From assembly GCA_023645945.1 (NCBI GenBank), contig JALAIB010000067.1, positions 1 through 36,465 on the forward strand: a DNA stretch of 36,465 nt. Direction: 5' to 3'. A program made the translations under genes and the position numbers. Each line of letters starts with the position of its first letter. Position 1 is the first letter of the stretch. The notes beneath the pieces were generated by a model, which saw only the letters and a program-made list of their open reading frames with translations, did not search any database and was not told the origin of the DNA. The DNA comes from Diploschistes diacapsis (lineage: Eukaryota). Positions 21,333-33,834 of the stretch are shown one piece after another.

Positions 21333-22922
21333 ATGGATCTTTTGAGAAAACTCCGTGCTCCTTTACAGATCATTTCTATACTATGTATCTCCACAGCAGC
21401 ATTCTTCCTGCTCTATTCTTGCTTGGGTCCTCATGAAAGATCACGCTTACGTATAGACGAGGAGGTGCGCTGGGTTGGAACCTCACGCTCATGGTTAGAT
21501 CGTACAGCTTGCACATGGATAGGCATTTGTGGAGGTACGAACTGGCTCGGCCAGACGTGGTGGTTTAGGTCCCTAGCACAGACTCGGGAAGTGACAGAAG
21601 ACGCCGGAGTAGGTGGACCATTCTCCGATGACTGGATCGATATCTTGACGGATAGTAATTCCGGACTATCTGAATTGAGCGCTTCCGAATGGGACCTGCG
21701 TGAAATCCCGCAGTACGTATTGGATTACGCGCCACTAGTGTTTTTGCACTCAGATGAGCAATATTGGCCGTCGGACCCTGCTGAGCATCTCCAACATGTA
21801 TTGCCTAGGCTTCGGAAGTCTCAAAGTCCTGGTGACCAGATCCTATCCTTAACCAATCTGTCTACATTGAACAAATATGAGGGAGGCGAAGCTGTCTTCC
21901 TGAGCAGCAAGGACGATATCCAAGACCTACCCTTATGGATTCGATCGAGTCATAATATACCTGTACCCTACAAGCACAACATATATGACCTGGTCCGTCA
22001 AGGCAACCGCTCAAACGGTGACAACATAAACGAAGTCGCCGAACGGGAAGGGTGGCTGAGTGTTGGCTCGAAGCGTGCGGAAAAGAAGCGCCAGGAGCCC
22101 AAATGCGCAATGAACGAAGGTCCAATCATGGCTGTGGGAGGAGATTTTCAACAGAGCACTTCTGAGGGAGGTTATAGCCCAGCTTCAGCCGTGCTGGTCG
22201 TTATCGAGAAGGAGAACGACGTTCGTGACGCTTTTTGGTTCTATTTCAATAGTTACAATCAAGGGAACAAAGTATTGAACATTCGTTTCGGTAACCATGT
22301 AGGCGATTGGGAGCACTCCAGTATGCGTCACCTAACTGAAAGAACATCCCGTGATTCTGGACGCTAATTTACCAGTGGTTCGTTTTCAAGGCGGAAATCC
22401 TAAAGCCATCTTCACTAGCAGACATAGCTTCGGCTCCTCTGCTTATAGTTACGATGCGGTAGAGAAGATTGGCAAAAGGGTACGTAATTCGTCTAATGCT
22501 AAAGCCTCAAAATATTCCTAACGTCAATCTAGCCGGTCGTGTATGCGGCGAGTGGCTCTCATGCTATGTATGTTACAGCGGGTAGACAGTCATATAGGCT
22601 GCCTTTCAATCTATTGTACGACACGACAACTCGGGGTCCGCTCTGGGACCCTACAATTCTATCGCTCAAGTCCTACACCTACGATGTTACAACGGATATC
22701 CTGCGTGCTTCGAACTTGAGTCCCCAAGCGTCCACATCCTGGTTCTACTTCAGAGGTCGTTGGGGCGATAAACTCTATGACTTGAGTGATAAGCGGCAAT
22801 ACAGGTTTGCCGGTGAATACCACTACTCGACTGGACCGACTGGACCTAGATTTAAGAACCTGGGTCGACGGCTTGTCTGCCAGAATGAGAAGGCTTGCGC
22901 AATCCGAGATAGTATAAGGTAA
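21333..22922 (+). CDS. VPS62: Vps62-like protein with N-terminal membrane anchor; introns 22321-22375, 22480-22532
   Basis: IPQYVLDYAPLVFLHSDEQYWPSD, DAFWFYFNSYNQGN, RFGNHVGDWEH, PVVYAASGSHAMY, GRWGD, GPTGP motifs; hydrophobic N-terminus. Confidence 0.88.
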
Positions 22923-22936
22923 CTCGCATTACTCGA

Positions 22937-22968
22937 CTCCAGGACGCCAGGACTCCAGTACTCCAGCT
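22937..22968 (+). repeat. Short degenerate tandem repeat, ~4 x ACTCCAG(G/T)
   Basis: actccagg acgccagg actccagt actccagc just after the VPS62 stop. Confidence 0.7.
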
Positions 22969-25900
22969 ATACAAATGCTCCACATCGAAATTTGAGAGAC
23001 GTTGGTGACAGCAATGCTTTTCAGAAGTGCCAGAGTGTTACAGAAGCTTGTTGAAGATGACTTGGTGATCGTAATTCTCTTCGATATTATGAGTGCTTAC
23101 TCATTGATGGCTAATTCAGATGGTACCAGCATGATCCTAAAAGACACCCTTGATCGCTTGAATGGATACTAGTATGGTTCAAGCCTGATAACTTTATCTT
23201 AACACGATGCGTTAATCACCCATCTGCCAGCACCCAAGCTTCTAGCATGTTGCATAACTTCATCCCTGAGCAGTATAAATTCTGTCCATCAACGCACGAC
23301 GTCACTGGCACCGAATAACTTGAAGCGGGTCAACTTGACAGTACCCTAGATCTATACTGAGACAAGGCGTTGGTAGCGAGTGGAGGACAGTGTCATTGGC
23401 AATGTACCTCGTTAGCAGCTAAGCTTCGTCAGGCCCGGACAGACTTACTTGAAATGGGGCCTCCTTAGTCCGACAACTTAGAGGCGATCAATAGTTTGGT
23501 TTGCTCTCATTCTCAACTCTTTCCTGATCAAACTCACTCGCTGCGCTTTCTGTGCGAATGAGTGGCCTCCAGGGCTCATTCAAGAGACTTTGGTTCAGCC
23601 ACTTTATTATCGCAAAAGAATTCATACATTCCTGGACTCCAGTGGCCTCTTCTGGTATGTGTGCTGAAGCTGGGCTGCCTGTTTTTCCGACATGTGTTTC
23701 GTTTTGACAGTGAGACGACATGATTGTTACTTGGCCATGAAATGAGTTGCCCTCCAGCAGAGAAGACTGGGCCGGTTGATTCTTATATGAGCTTGATAGC
23801 GGGAAGCGACTACGAGGAGACGATTACGCCGACTATGTTTGAACTTCTTTTTTCCATGGATAAAGCCTTTCGAGGCAACTAGGCGATTCTAGCAGCTTGT
23901 TCCTTGTTCGCCATGGCTACGGTTCCTCCAAGGACAAGAAATATTCATGCGCAAAAGATGCAGATGGCTTTAGTCCTTCTTCAAAAAAGTTTGCCTAAGC
24001 ATAGACCCTCCAGAGATCTTCCTTCTGTCAATCCCTAATGGCCGGCGTAGTTCAGCTAGGAGTACATGTCAGCATCGGCAAGAAGTTCCACCGTCGGGCC
24101 AATCCCGTTGTGTCGGGTGCAGCGGTCACGACAAGCGCAACTTGCATTGTCAGTAAAGCTGGAGTGGACCCTACTTGCTATACCAAGAAGAACATTCTCT
24201 GCAGATACCACACTCCTTCTGACCTAGCGCGTGGCCTTGTTGAGGCCATCGCGCAATGCAGGAAACCAAAACGTTGTACGACTTGCTTGTGTTGATGCTC
24301 CGTGTCTGCAGAATTGCTTACAAATAACAGGACACGTTGGAACAAAATGTGTGTTCTCAAAGCCGCTTTATCCACACTGCTGCTACGATGCTCAATGTTG
24401 GAATGCTAGGGCTTGATCTCGGAGCCAAGGCGACATACACAACGATGGATTGTATATACTCTCGAGACTAACAGTCTAGCTTGGCTAAAATGATGAGAGG
24501 ATTGCATACAAGGCCCAAACTAGTGGGTCTCGGCCAGTTCAACGTCGGTATCGAGCGTTCTGGAGTTCATATCTGCGCCTCCCCTCTTGGAGCCTGATGG
24601 CAGTCCTTGGCTAAGAGAAGTTTGGGGTCTTCGCGAAGCCAGGATCGGAAGTCCTAGCCGCGTTGCTAGTCAATGTTTTCCTTCCGGGGATGCACTGGCT
24701 GTACAAGAGCGGCCGTAGTAGGAAGACCCATAGGTATGATAATTCTAATTGTGGAAATAGCAGGAGTCACAACAGACATTGAAATTCAACAGACTCTGTT
24801 CTTGCGTCTTTTGATGCCACTCGTTCAGATGTTTGTCTTGTGTTACAATGGACCTCGCGCCTGCTTTTCCGTCTGTGAGACGCTGCCCAAAAACCTCTAG
24901 CAAATCGAAAAAGGAGCGGACACACCAGAAGTTTGTTATACACGAGCTTCATGTTCTCTAAGATCGCTAAGTCCGAGACGCAATACGGCAAATGATGAGC
25001 AAGCACGCCTTTGTTGCCTCGTATGCTGCACTAAGCCCACTTCCACGAACGCCTACCCACTTACCGTGCCTAGCATGAAGCAGTACGAGACCAAGGTCGC
25101 ATTCTCGGGCTTCGAAAAAACCATCAGGGAGCATGGGATGAGACCTATTGTTCAACAGGAGAGCTTCCTTAAATCATAGGATGCTTCGGTGGAGTACATC
25201 TATTGAGTCTGCGGCTTGACGATTGACTCGGCACAAGATACAAGGCCTCAAAAAAGGATAAGCGATTGACCAACCGAGACTTTAGTGCTACCTCCTCTAA
25301 GTTGTTGCTACCAGTCGTACCTGTTGAGAACATGGAGCTCTTACACCATTACTTGGGAAGGATTAGAAGACCCGAATGGGAATGCCTCTTCCAGTGATTC
25401 CGGCTTCTTGGAATCTTATATTTTCTTCCACCTCGGAAGAGGAGATTAATCCATTACTCTTATTTCAATGATGCTCTATCTGCACCGAGGCGCCCGTGTA
25501 TCATGTCATAAGATAGTACATACGCGACTGAATTACTCCCATCCCTCTCAATGGCACTCGATTAATGATGCAAATGTTCCGCTATATCTGCCATCCCTTG
25601 TTTGACCCAACTGAAGCCTACACTGGTTATTGGCGGATTGCGTTTTCTGGGTGTAGATTGAGGCGACTGCAAAAATCTTGGTTGCGCAATAGTTTTCAGC
25701 GCCCAGCGATACTTCTTGCTATAATCCCTTGCGAATCTAGTGTGCGCCTGCTCTACGGTCTGCGAAATCAAACTTCAGATGAAGAGATGGCCCCGATCTC
25801 TTTCAGTAATGCCGAGTCGGCGCAAATCGCAGCTGCAATCCGGTTCAATAGATTGTCCGGAAAAGTCCTTGGACCCTACCTGAAAGAGGCATCCTGTTGC

Positions 25901-28417
25901 GCATCACCCCCCTTTCGACCGGACGAGGCAGGATGGTAAAAGATTGTCAGGCCGTTTTTCAAGCCAGTGCTCGCAAGAGTCTTCTGGATGCACGAAAGCC
26001 CCGAAGAAGTATGTTAAGTATATTAGTATATTCTGCAGCTGGCATCGACATGCACGGGATACGCAGGGGTATGTTTCTATTCTAGCAGGAACCAATCAAT
26101 CGGCCCGTTCATCCAACATGGGCTATTGATGCACGCCGCATAGCTTCGCTACGGCGGAGCCAATCCTGGCGCCTCTTCTCCTCGGCCTCCTGCAGCACCC
26201 GTCTGACCATCTTCTCCTCTTTCACGAGGAACGCCCTCGTGATTCGGTCCATCGCGCATCCGGAGCGTCGTGACCCTCCATATGCGTGTGAGACGCCTTT
26301 TCCCGGGACGTGAGATCCTTTTTTGCATATGTCGAGGTCGAAGAGCAGGAATCTGAAAGAGGCAGGAGCATGGTCCGCTAATCTAGTCCCGAGGTGGATT
26401 TAGACAGCAGATATGCTGCGGAGAGAGGAACGGGACGCCAGCAAGCATCATCCCACGATCACCACACTTCGGGGCCCTAGGCTTCTTGGCGGTATGGGGC
26501 TAGCTTGGCTCACCGCCAGGAGTCATGACGATGCGAGTTTTGTTGGATGCGGTGTTGTAGCTGGGGATGCATTCGTCAGGACTCGAAAAACGTGGTTTCT
26601 CCAGTAGAAGTGTGGAGGTTTCTTGGAGCCACGGAAAGTTGTACTTACGGATGCCGCCCGGCGCTGCGTAGAGAGGGTTGGGCCGTCCCAGAAGCAAGCA
26701 GTTTGCAAGGGACAATTACAAACGATAGCCTGTGAGATGCCATCTTTATTATACTTTTCTCGACGTGTGAGCGGGACGGACATTCAGAGCTGGAACCATA
26801 AACTTTTCTGGCACTGGCAGGTGGAAAAGCGGTCCTGGTTATCAAGCAGGACAGCTGGAAAGTGCTGTTCGTGCTCAATATACGAAGCCAGTTGATCTCA
26901 GAGGGAAAGGGACATCCTTATCGTAAAGCAGCCACCAAGCCATCCACTTTCGGAGGTCAGGGAGCTCTCGTGCATACAGCGAATCCGCATTTCTCCTCCC
27001 ACCACCGACCGACGCAGCACCGGAGGTCCTCTCTCTCTCGTCTCTCGCCGTCCACATCCAGCGATTGTGTCGGCTCCGGTCCTCAACCCTCTTCTGCCAT
27101 CCCTTCCTCCCGCCTCTTTTCGCTCCACGCGTTACCACATCATCCCACGTCACAGTCGTAACCCAGCCCTCCCTTCCTTCCTTCATCCTTGCACTATATG
27201 CCTCCCCCGACCCATCGTGCCCATCCCCCAACTCTTTCCGATCGGATGTCCTCTTCGCCCTGTCAAGTAGGAAGCGTGCATCACAGAAGCCACTTCAAAA
27301 AGCAACAGACGTACGAAGATCGATGGCACCAGCTCCGCCAACGACTCATCCGTGCACCAAATGGCGGACGCCACGACGCCCCGGCGCCGGCAAGGATGCT
27401 CGCTTCCTCGCCGAGTGTGGCACTAGAAACGATGCTTGACGCGGGGAGGAAGTCGAGGTCTTCGTATCTTGCCGGGTGCCCTGGGGAAAGCCGGATGCTG
27501 TAGAAGAAACTGTGGGCCGGAAACAGAGATGGGGAGGATGAGGAGGGATGTTGACAATCCGTGCGGTTGGCGCGCTGAACCACGGTGGTCGAGATTGAGC
27601 TGGTCGAGAAGAGGGTAGGAGGGCCGAATTTTGAGCATGTGATATTAGCCTGGCGGCTTGCGATGATGATGTCGTATAGCCGGAAGAGGGGTGCTTGCCG
27701 AGTGTGCGTTCGAGATGGCGTGACGGACGCGAATTGCCCTCAAAATAATGAGTAGAGGGCCGTCATGATGGGAATTGGTGTGAGAGGAGGCGAGGGGAGA
27801 GAACGGGCGGGAATAGGATATGACACATCACAATGTAGTTATATGGAGGAGATAGAACATCAGTGAAAGGCGGTGGCATGAGAGGGCGTGAAAAAAGATA
27901 GAGCGCGAAGTCTAGCCGTCGAGTCGTTCAGTTGACGCAGGGCAATGAAAAGGTATCATTAAGTGCTCTGCGAGGCCCTGCATGACCGTTCCCGCTATTT
28001 CATGAGAACTGTCAAGCTGTCCGGCATTACCTGATCAATGATCTTGTGCTTGTACACGCACGCTTCCTCCCAAGCCATGCAAGAATCGGAAAATCCTTCC
28101 CTGCATGCTTTGCATCTATGCCGAGACACTGAACTCAGTATTGAATACTGCGAAGAGGAACAACTATACCTAAAACAGATAGGCCAACCTACAAAATGTA
28201 GATGCTATGAAAGTAGCAACAGATACTGTTGTCCCGAGGTAGATGTCCGACTAAATTACAACATTTCCGTTACCGATCAGTTTTCGACCTTGGCCTCGAA
28301 GGAAATCGCTCAGTATTCACATAGCCTCAGAGCCGTTTCTCTGACTCCGAGATAGAGTTTTCTGTTGCGGAACCGGAGGGAGAGGTAGGTCCTCTAGACA
28401 CGTTCACCGCTGGGCTG

Positions 28418-29793
28418 TCAGGTTCGGACAACTTCTGCGACACGACGATGGGGAGATGAAGCCAAAGAAAAGTAGGGTGGAGGATGATCTGTGGAGCACT
28501 AGAGGGACGTCAATGATTAGCAGGATTATCATTTTGCTCAGGCCTATAATTTCCCTGTAGTGAACTGAGAAGAACATGTGGAGTGACTCCTCCACGCGGA
28601 AACCGTAATTGGGAAAAGCATCTACCTTTTTCCTGCTCCTTCGACAGCCACCACAAACTCCGCCGCGGTTCCTTATGGCCTGTGTTTCCTCTGGATTCGA
28701 AAGCTTGCGTGATTTCCTAGGGGAAGCATAATCATTCATATGGGTATCGAAGACACCAAACTTGGCTTCATCCTTGCGGTGCCGCTTCATTGCCGACTGC
28801 CTTCCCTGAGCATCGCCTGGGTGCGGAGATGCCTTAGGGCCGGAAGTCGTTATTGATCCAGGAACACCTTTGTCACTCCCGATTTCGGCATTCCTGCTGG
28901 CCTGAATCGATGGATATTGAGACTCGTTATGCGGGTAGATGTCGCAAGCGGCTTGCATAGATACTGTAGTACTTTAATCACAAGCGGTCCAGGTGCATGC
29001 AAATAACAACTTACCAAGCTTACCTGGAGAAGCTCGAGAATTCTGTTCGGTACCTGGCACCGAACCCTTACTAAGATTCGTCAAACACATGCGGGATTAG
29101 GAATGAGGGCCGGAATTACCACCAAAAAGGCGCAGGTATCGGGTGATTTCGCGTCTGCAACCCTGTACGACCTATGGCCTGTGGAAAATCTCTTGGGTTG
29201 TCAGGTTCTGGGCTGTCCTCCGTACCCTGGGTCACCGGATCCTCAGTGGCAGTTCCGTTAACATTGTGGTTTGCCATTTCAGAGCCTTCCTTGGTTCCCA
29301 TGGATTGGTCTTTAGTATACGTATCAATTCCTATTGTTCCACGCACCATCCAATCGGGAAGATCAAATCCCTCGTCGGTAGCAGCACCGCCAGGCATAGA
29401 TGGAGTGAATTCTGGGCGCCTTGGATTATGAGGATTCCAATGGTCCGCCCATTCTGAGTGTGAGCTTTGCATGACTTGAGCCCATTGGCCTTTTGCAGCG
29501 GAATCATCTTCACAAAGGTGGCCGTCCCAAGATAATTCATCCACTCCAGCATCATGGGTATTTGGTACCTCTGGTACTGGCGTCAACGGTCGCCTTAGTG
29601 CATTCCCCGCTGCTGGCAGAAACGGTGGATCCATGTTGCTGGGTATTCCCTGCAGAGTGCCGAGATGGTATGTATAGGCCAAGGCATCATGGGGCTCCGT
29701 GAACCTTTCCGTAGTGTCATTGCCCTCCCTTGATCTTTGAAAAGGTTGAGAATAAGGGTTTCCGCAGTATATGGTAAAATTGAACGTAGCCAT
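28418..29793 (-). CDS. Orphan low-complexity protein with C-terminal CxxC-x6-C-x3-H motif; introns 29071-29119, 28964-29023 (or -29014), 28499-28625
   Basis: Four exons join in frame through GT-AG introns; spliced motif ETQAIRNRGGVCGGCRRSRKK|CSTDH; last intron has a GCTAAT branch and TAG acceptor; start ATG inferred (MATFNF). Confidence 0.65.
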
Positions 29794-31390
29794 GGTCGTG
29801 GAACTTCTCTGCGGAAGATCGTCAAGCAAATGGAGGAGTGGAACGCTCCCTAGGCTTGGCCTGATAAATATGGCAGTGCTGCGAAAAACGGCCTTCGTAA
29901 CAGATAGACCCCTAAGATAGGGAAAACGCTGGAAAACCAAACACAAGGCCTTGTTCAGAATCACTCCTTTGCTTTCTTAGTGACAGAAGTAGCCTCGGGA
30001 TTGTACGTATAAGGTAATATGACAGAAGGAGGATCAAAGCTCTTTCCTTGCTTTTGGACAAGCAGAACAAAAACAGTATGCAAGCTCAATCGCGACGGTC
30101 TTCAGAAGATAAGAGGTTGAAGTGTGCGAGAAACAGAGAATAGGAGGTTCCAGGGCTGCCAGTACGGGAACAACGATTGGACAGCGACAACCAGGAACCT
30201 GATCCAGACAGATACAGGCCGTGTTCTATCCGTATATAGTCCCCAAGAATCAAGGATGTGGACTGGGATGGAATCTTCGCTAGCTGAAGGAGGCAATGTG
30301 TGTACAAGTAATAGATCAATGAAGCATTGGAGTAAGGTAAGCAAAAGCAAGAGTGGTGTTTAAAGGTAGCTCATCTGCACAGACTTGACAACAATGGATC
30401 CGGGAAAGAGAGAAAGGCAGGAGAAATCGAGGATGAGGTGGGAAGCACCACAGAGATATACTAGACTACCACAAAGATAGAAGAGATGTGGGAGATCGCC
30501 ACCCCGCAACATCTGTAGGAGAGAGAAAAGCGGCAAATGAGATGGCTTCAAAAATGAGGCTCTTCTCACCGATGCTCGATTGAGCCTCCCGGAAATTCTG
30601 GGGGTGTTGTGGCCAGCGATCCCATGCAGATATTGCTGCCCAACACGCGGTAGAAGTTCCCCAAGAGCTTCGACATGGAAAACATGGAAACTTGTGCAGT
30701 GGTTGATTTGTCGCACGGTCGATGTTTGACTCGCCATTGTTACTGATTACTGTGAGCATTGTTACATAGGCCCTAGTGCGTCAGGGGGAGTACCTTGGTG
30801 CTGGATTTGTCGGAAAGCCTGCAGTCGAGCTCTCACGAAAGAGCAGAGATGATCGAGATCGAAGTCAAGAAGTCCCTCTTCTTCGATCAATTGGAGCCAC
30901 GAACTGAAGCAGCCTGCGAGAGGGCGTGGCGAAAGGTTGTGTACTTTTTTTAATTTTTTTGTATTCCGGGAGCCAGATGAGGTTACCGACTTCTCGTCTC
31001 GCCAGGGATGACGTATGCGACCTTGAGATAGTGACAGAGGCCCGGGTCCAAGAGTAAATAGTAACAGAACATAGCGAGCAGCAATACACACAGCATCCAT
31101 GATACGGAGTACAGACCTAAGAGAGTCCTGGCTTCATAAAATTATTCTCATTGGTTGGTTGGTCATATCCGGTGTCTGATTGCTTTACAGGCGTTATCAA
31201 TGTATTATTACAAAAAAGAGTATATTCCACGCGCATTCCACAAACGTGTGCTTTCCGCAGCCAATGCTAAGCCACTCAAACTCCGTGCCGTACAGCCCCT
31301 GTTCGTAAGCAGCCGATGCAATGCTTTTTCCAAGATCCAATCCATGACGATACCGAGATCCAGCCGGTAGGCTTTGTTGAATATGGCACA

Positions 31391-32027
31391 TTAGACTTGC
31401 GACATGCTGGGGCCCCCACCGCGACGGATGCCGCCCAAGCCGCCTCTCAGGTTCACCGTTGACCCACTCGCGCCGGCTGCGGAGAAAATCAGGGAGACTG
31501 CATAGGTAGCAAACGCGAACCATAAGAAAGCAGTGACGGCCTGCGCTTCCTGACACCGGCGGACGTTGTTGTAGGATCCTGAGGTTACGATATTGCTGTT
31601 GATATAATCCTGCAAGGTGAAGTTAGACTGGCCACTCAAGGACTATAAACTAGAAAGCATTACGTTGTTGTAGCAGCTCCCCACGTGCAAATATCCTGCC
31701 ATGGCAATCCCGCCGACAAGAGTGAAGAGCGTGTTCAAAGCGTCCATTGCGACGGGAAGCACAGAATGTATCTGGAAGCTATCGCTGTGTGTTTGGATGA
31801 TTTGGTAGAACAGGCTGAGCATGGAGAAGACAGCCACGAACATGACGTAGTTGACGATTGATGGGTTGCCACCGAGGGACAAGGAGATCATGTTGCCGAC
31901 CAGGGCCATGATCAGGAGCGTCCAGAAGAACTAGGAAAGGTCAGTCGCAGAAGAGCGCAATTATGTTTCGGATAAATACCTGAAGTCCTCGCAGGAGAAA
32001 GTGGGGGAGCCTGTCCATCAAGGCCAT
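31391..32027 (-). CDS. NCE102: Nce102 MARVEL-domain tetraspan (eisosome/MCC) protein; introns 31931-31979, 31610-31663
   Basis: LRGLQ|FFWTLLIMALVGNMI, NPSIVNYVMFVAVFSML, RCQEAQAVTAFLWFAF, C-terminus GGPSMSQV*. Confidence 0.93.
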
Positions 32028-32863
32028 TGCGCTTATGATGTCCTGAATCCAAGTTTGAATAAAGAGAGAGAGAGATAGGTAGCCTAGAGCTTCTTCGATG
32101 ATAGAGAGCTTGTCCGACTTTGTTTTTTGTTGTTGTTGTGAGATTCAGGACTGAGAGTTTAGAGAGTGAAAGCAAATATGGAAATGTGGGAAGTTAGGGA
32201 AGTAAAGAGGAGACAAAGAGAGAGATGTAGATCGGGATTATTTTGTCAAGAAAACGTCATTCCAGCGTTGTTGCTACGGGCGCCTCACAAAACAAGCTCG
32301 TGGCAACTCAACTCCAACTCCGTAGTCCGGCCTGTAAAAACACTGTAAAAACACGCCAAACTTACTCCAGAGCTTAACTGGGGGAAACAGGAAACAGTGG
32401 CGCTTCGGGGACAGAATTAGGTGTATAGTGTATCAGTATGTATATCTCAAACACTTCTGCGACTGGCTCTCACCATTCGAACTCCCATCTGTTTCATCGT
32501 TTCAAGCGTTTATAGAAACCACCACGAGCCAGCCATAGACGCAGTCTGGCCCCTAGTACTTGAGAATTGGATTGCACAAGACCAGCAGTAAAGGTTAACA
32601 AAATGCATTCATCTACCACCAGCATGCTCAGGCTGTTAGGCCTTGCAGAATCTAGGCGAGGCAAGCCACTCCGATTACTATCAATTAGGATCCCCTTATC
32701 CTGCTTGAAATCATCGCATCCCTGGAACTAATGGTTCAAATCTGTCCAAATTTATTAGCCTGACAGGACCTGGTGTTTTTATACCCTCCCTACCTGGCTC
32801 TTCATGTAGGTCCCTTGGAAATGGCGTCGGCCCTTTTCCATCTGGCATCCAGTCCCTCGCACT

Positions 32864-32889
32864 ACTGCCCTACTGCCCTACTGCCCTAC
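32864..32889 (+). repeat. Tandem repeat (TACTGCCC)x3
   Basis: tactgccctactgccctactgcccta. Confidence 0.85.
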
Positions 32890-32977
32890 CTGTTGTGTTG
32901 TAGTTTTGCCAATACTTGAAAATGATGCTCTGCGCTATAAAGTCATAGCAGCATTTTCCAAGCCAACGCGTGATATC

Positions 32978-33382
32978 CTAAGACGAAACGAGATCGTCGA
33001 ATGTCTTTGCTCGTCCTTTCCTCTTCTTCTGCGGACCCTCGATCAGCGTGCTCTGAGCCTTGTGCGGCATAGTCATTTCGTTGGACGAGTACATTGGCTT
33101 CACGTAGCCAAGGCGTCTTCTTTTCGCCAAAACTTCTTGGACTTCCTCGTCCGCCTCGTAGGCCTCACGGTCAAATGTTCCATCTTCCCGAGTCCATCGG
33201 CCGTGGATGTATTCCTCTGACTCACTGCGCATCTCGTGGAACGATGCATGGTGTCCGCACCCGTCGCAGGCAAAACTGTTCGTAGCTGTAGCTGGGTGGA
33301 TCATGAAGCGAAGGCAAGGACACCGGGACGAGAGGATGGTCGAGGTCTGCCTGCAAGGTCCACGTGGAAGTCTGTAGGACAT
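32978..33382 (-). CDS. Small hypothetical protein (134 aa) with Cys/His cluster and basic C-terminal patches
   Basis: Single ORF; GPC...RCPCLRF...FACDGCGHHASFH; acidic segment, then KRRR and KKRKGRAK. Confidence 0.8.
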   Translation of the reverse strand: MSYRLPRGPCRQTSTILSSRCPCLRFMIHPATATNSFACDGCGHHASFHEMRSESEEYIHGRWTREDGTFDREAYEADEEVQEVLAKRRRLGYVKPMYSSNEMTMPHKAQSTLIEGPQKKRKGRAKTFDDLVSS

Positions 33383-33834
33383 CTGCGGACTTTATGAGAT
33401 ACACGCAGATTGCCCAATTAGCAGATCAAGGTACCTGACTCCAAATGCTGCCTGGTGTACCACTGGGGAATTGTTGACCATTCGAAAATCTCTCTGAAAG
33501 ACTCATTTTGAAATGGAGGCTTGCAATACTTGAACGGTTACATAAAGGACAGGAGAGCGAGTCATAAGACTTTTGACTCTAGTGATAGTCTTGAAAGCGA
33601 ATTATGCTACACATTCTGACCTTCATACTCCAAACACAGCATGGTCCCTGTGACGGTTAATTCTCTCCAAGAAACCTGCATGGTCCATGCGTTGAGGAAG
33701 TGTCTGATCGGTGAAATCGTTTGTCCGCGCACCATTGGCAAGGGGGATCTCGATGTGCTACATTTTGCCTGCTCTCAAAATTCTACTTTTCCGACCCAAG
33801 CACTCCGGCGTTCCGCCATCCAAACGTTAGGATC

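Noticed and set aside
27323..27540. Antizyme-like frameshift or stop readthrough at GCT TGA (27434-27439)
   Set aside because: No antizyme-like sequence in either downstream frame, and both close soon after
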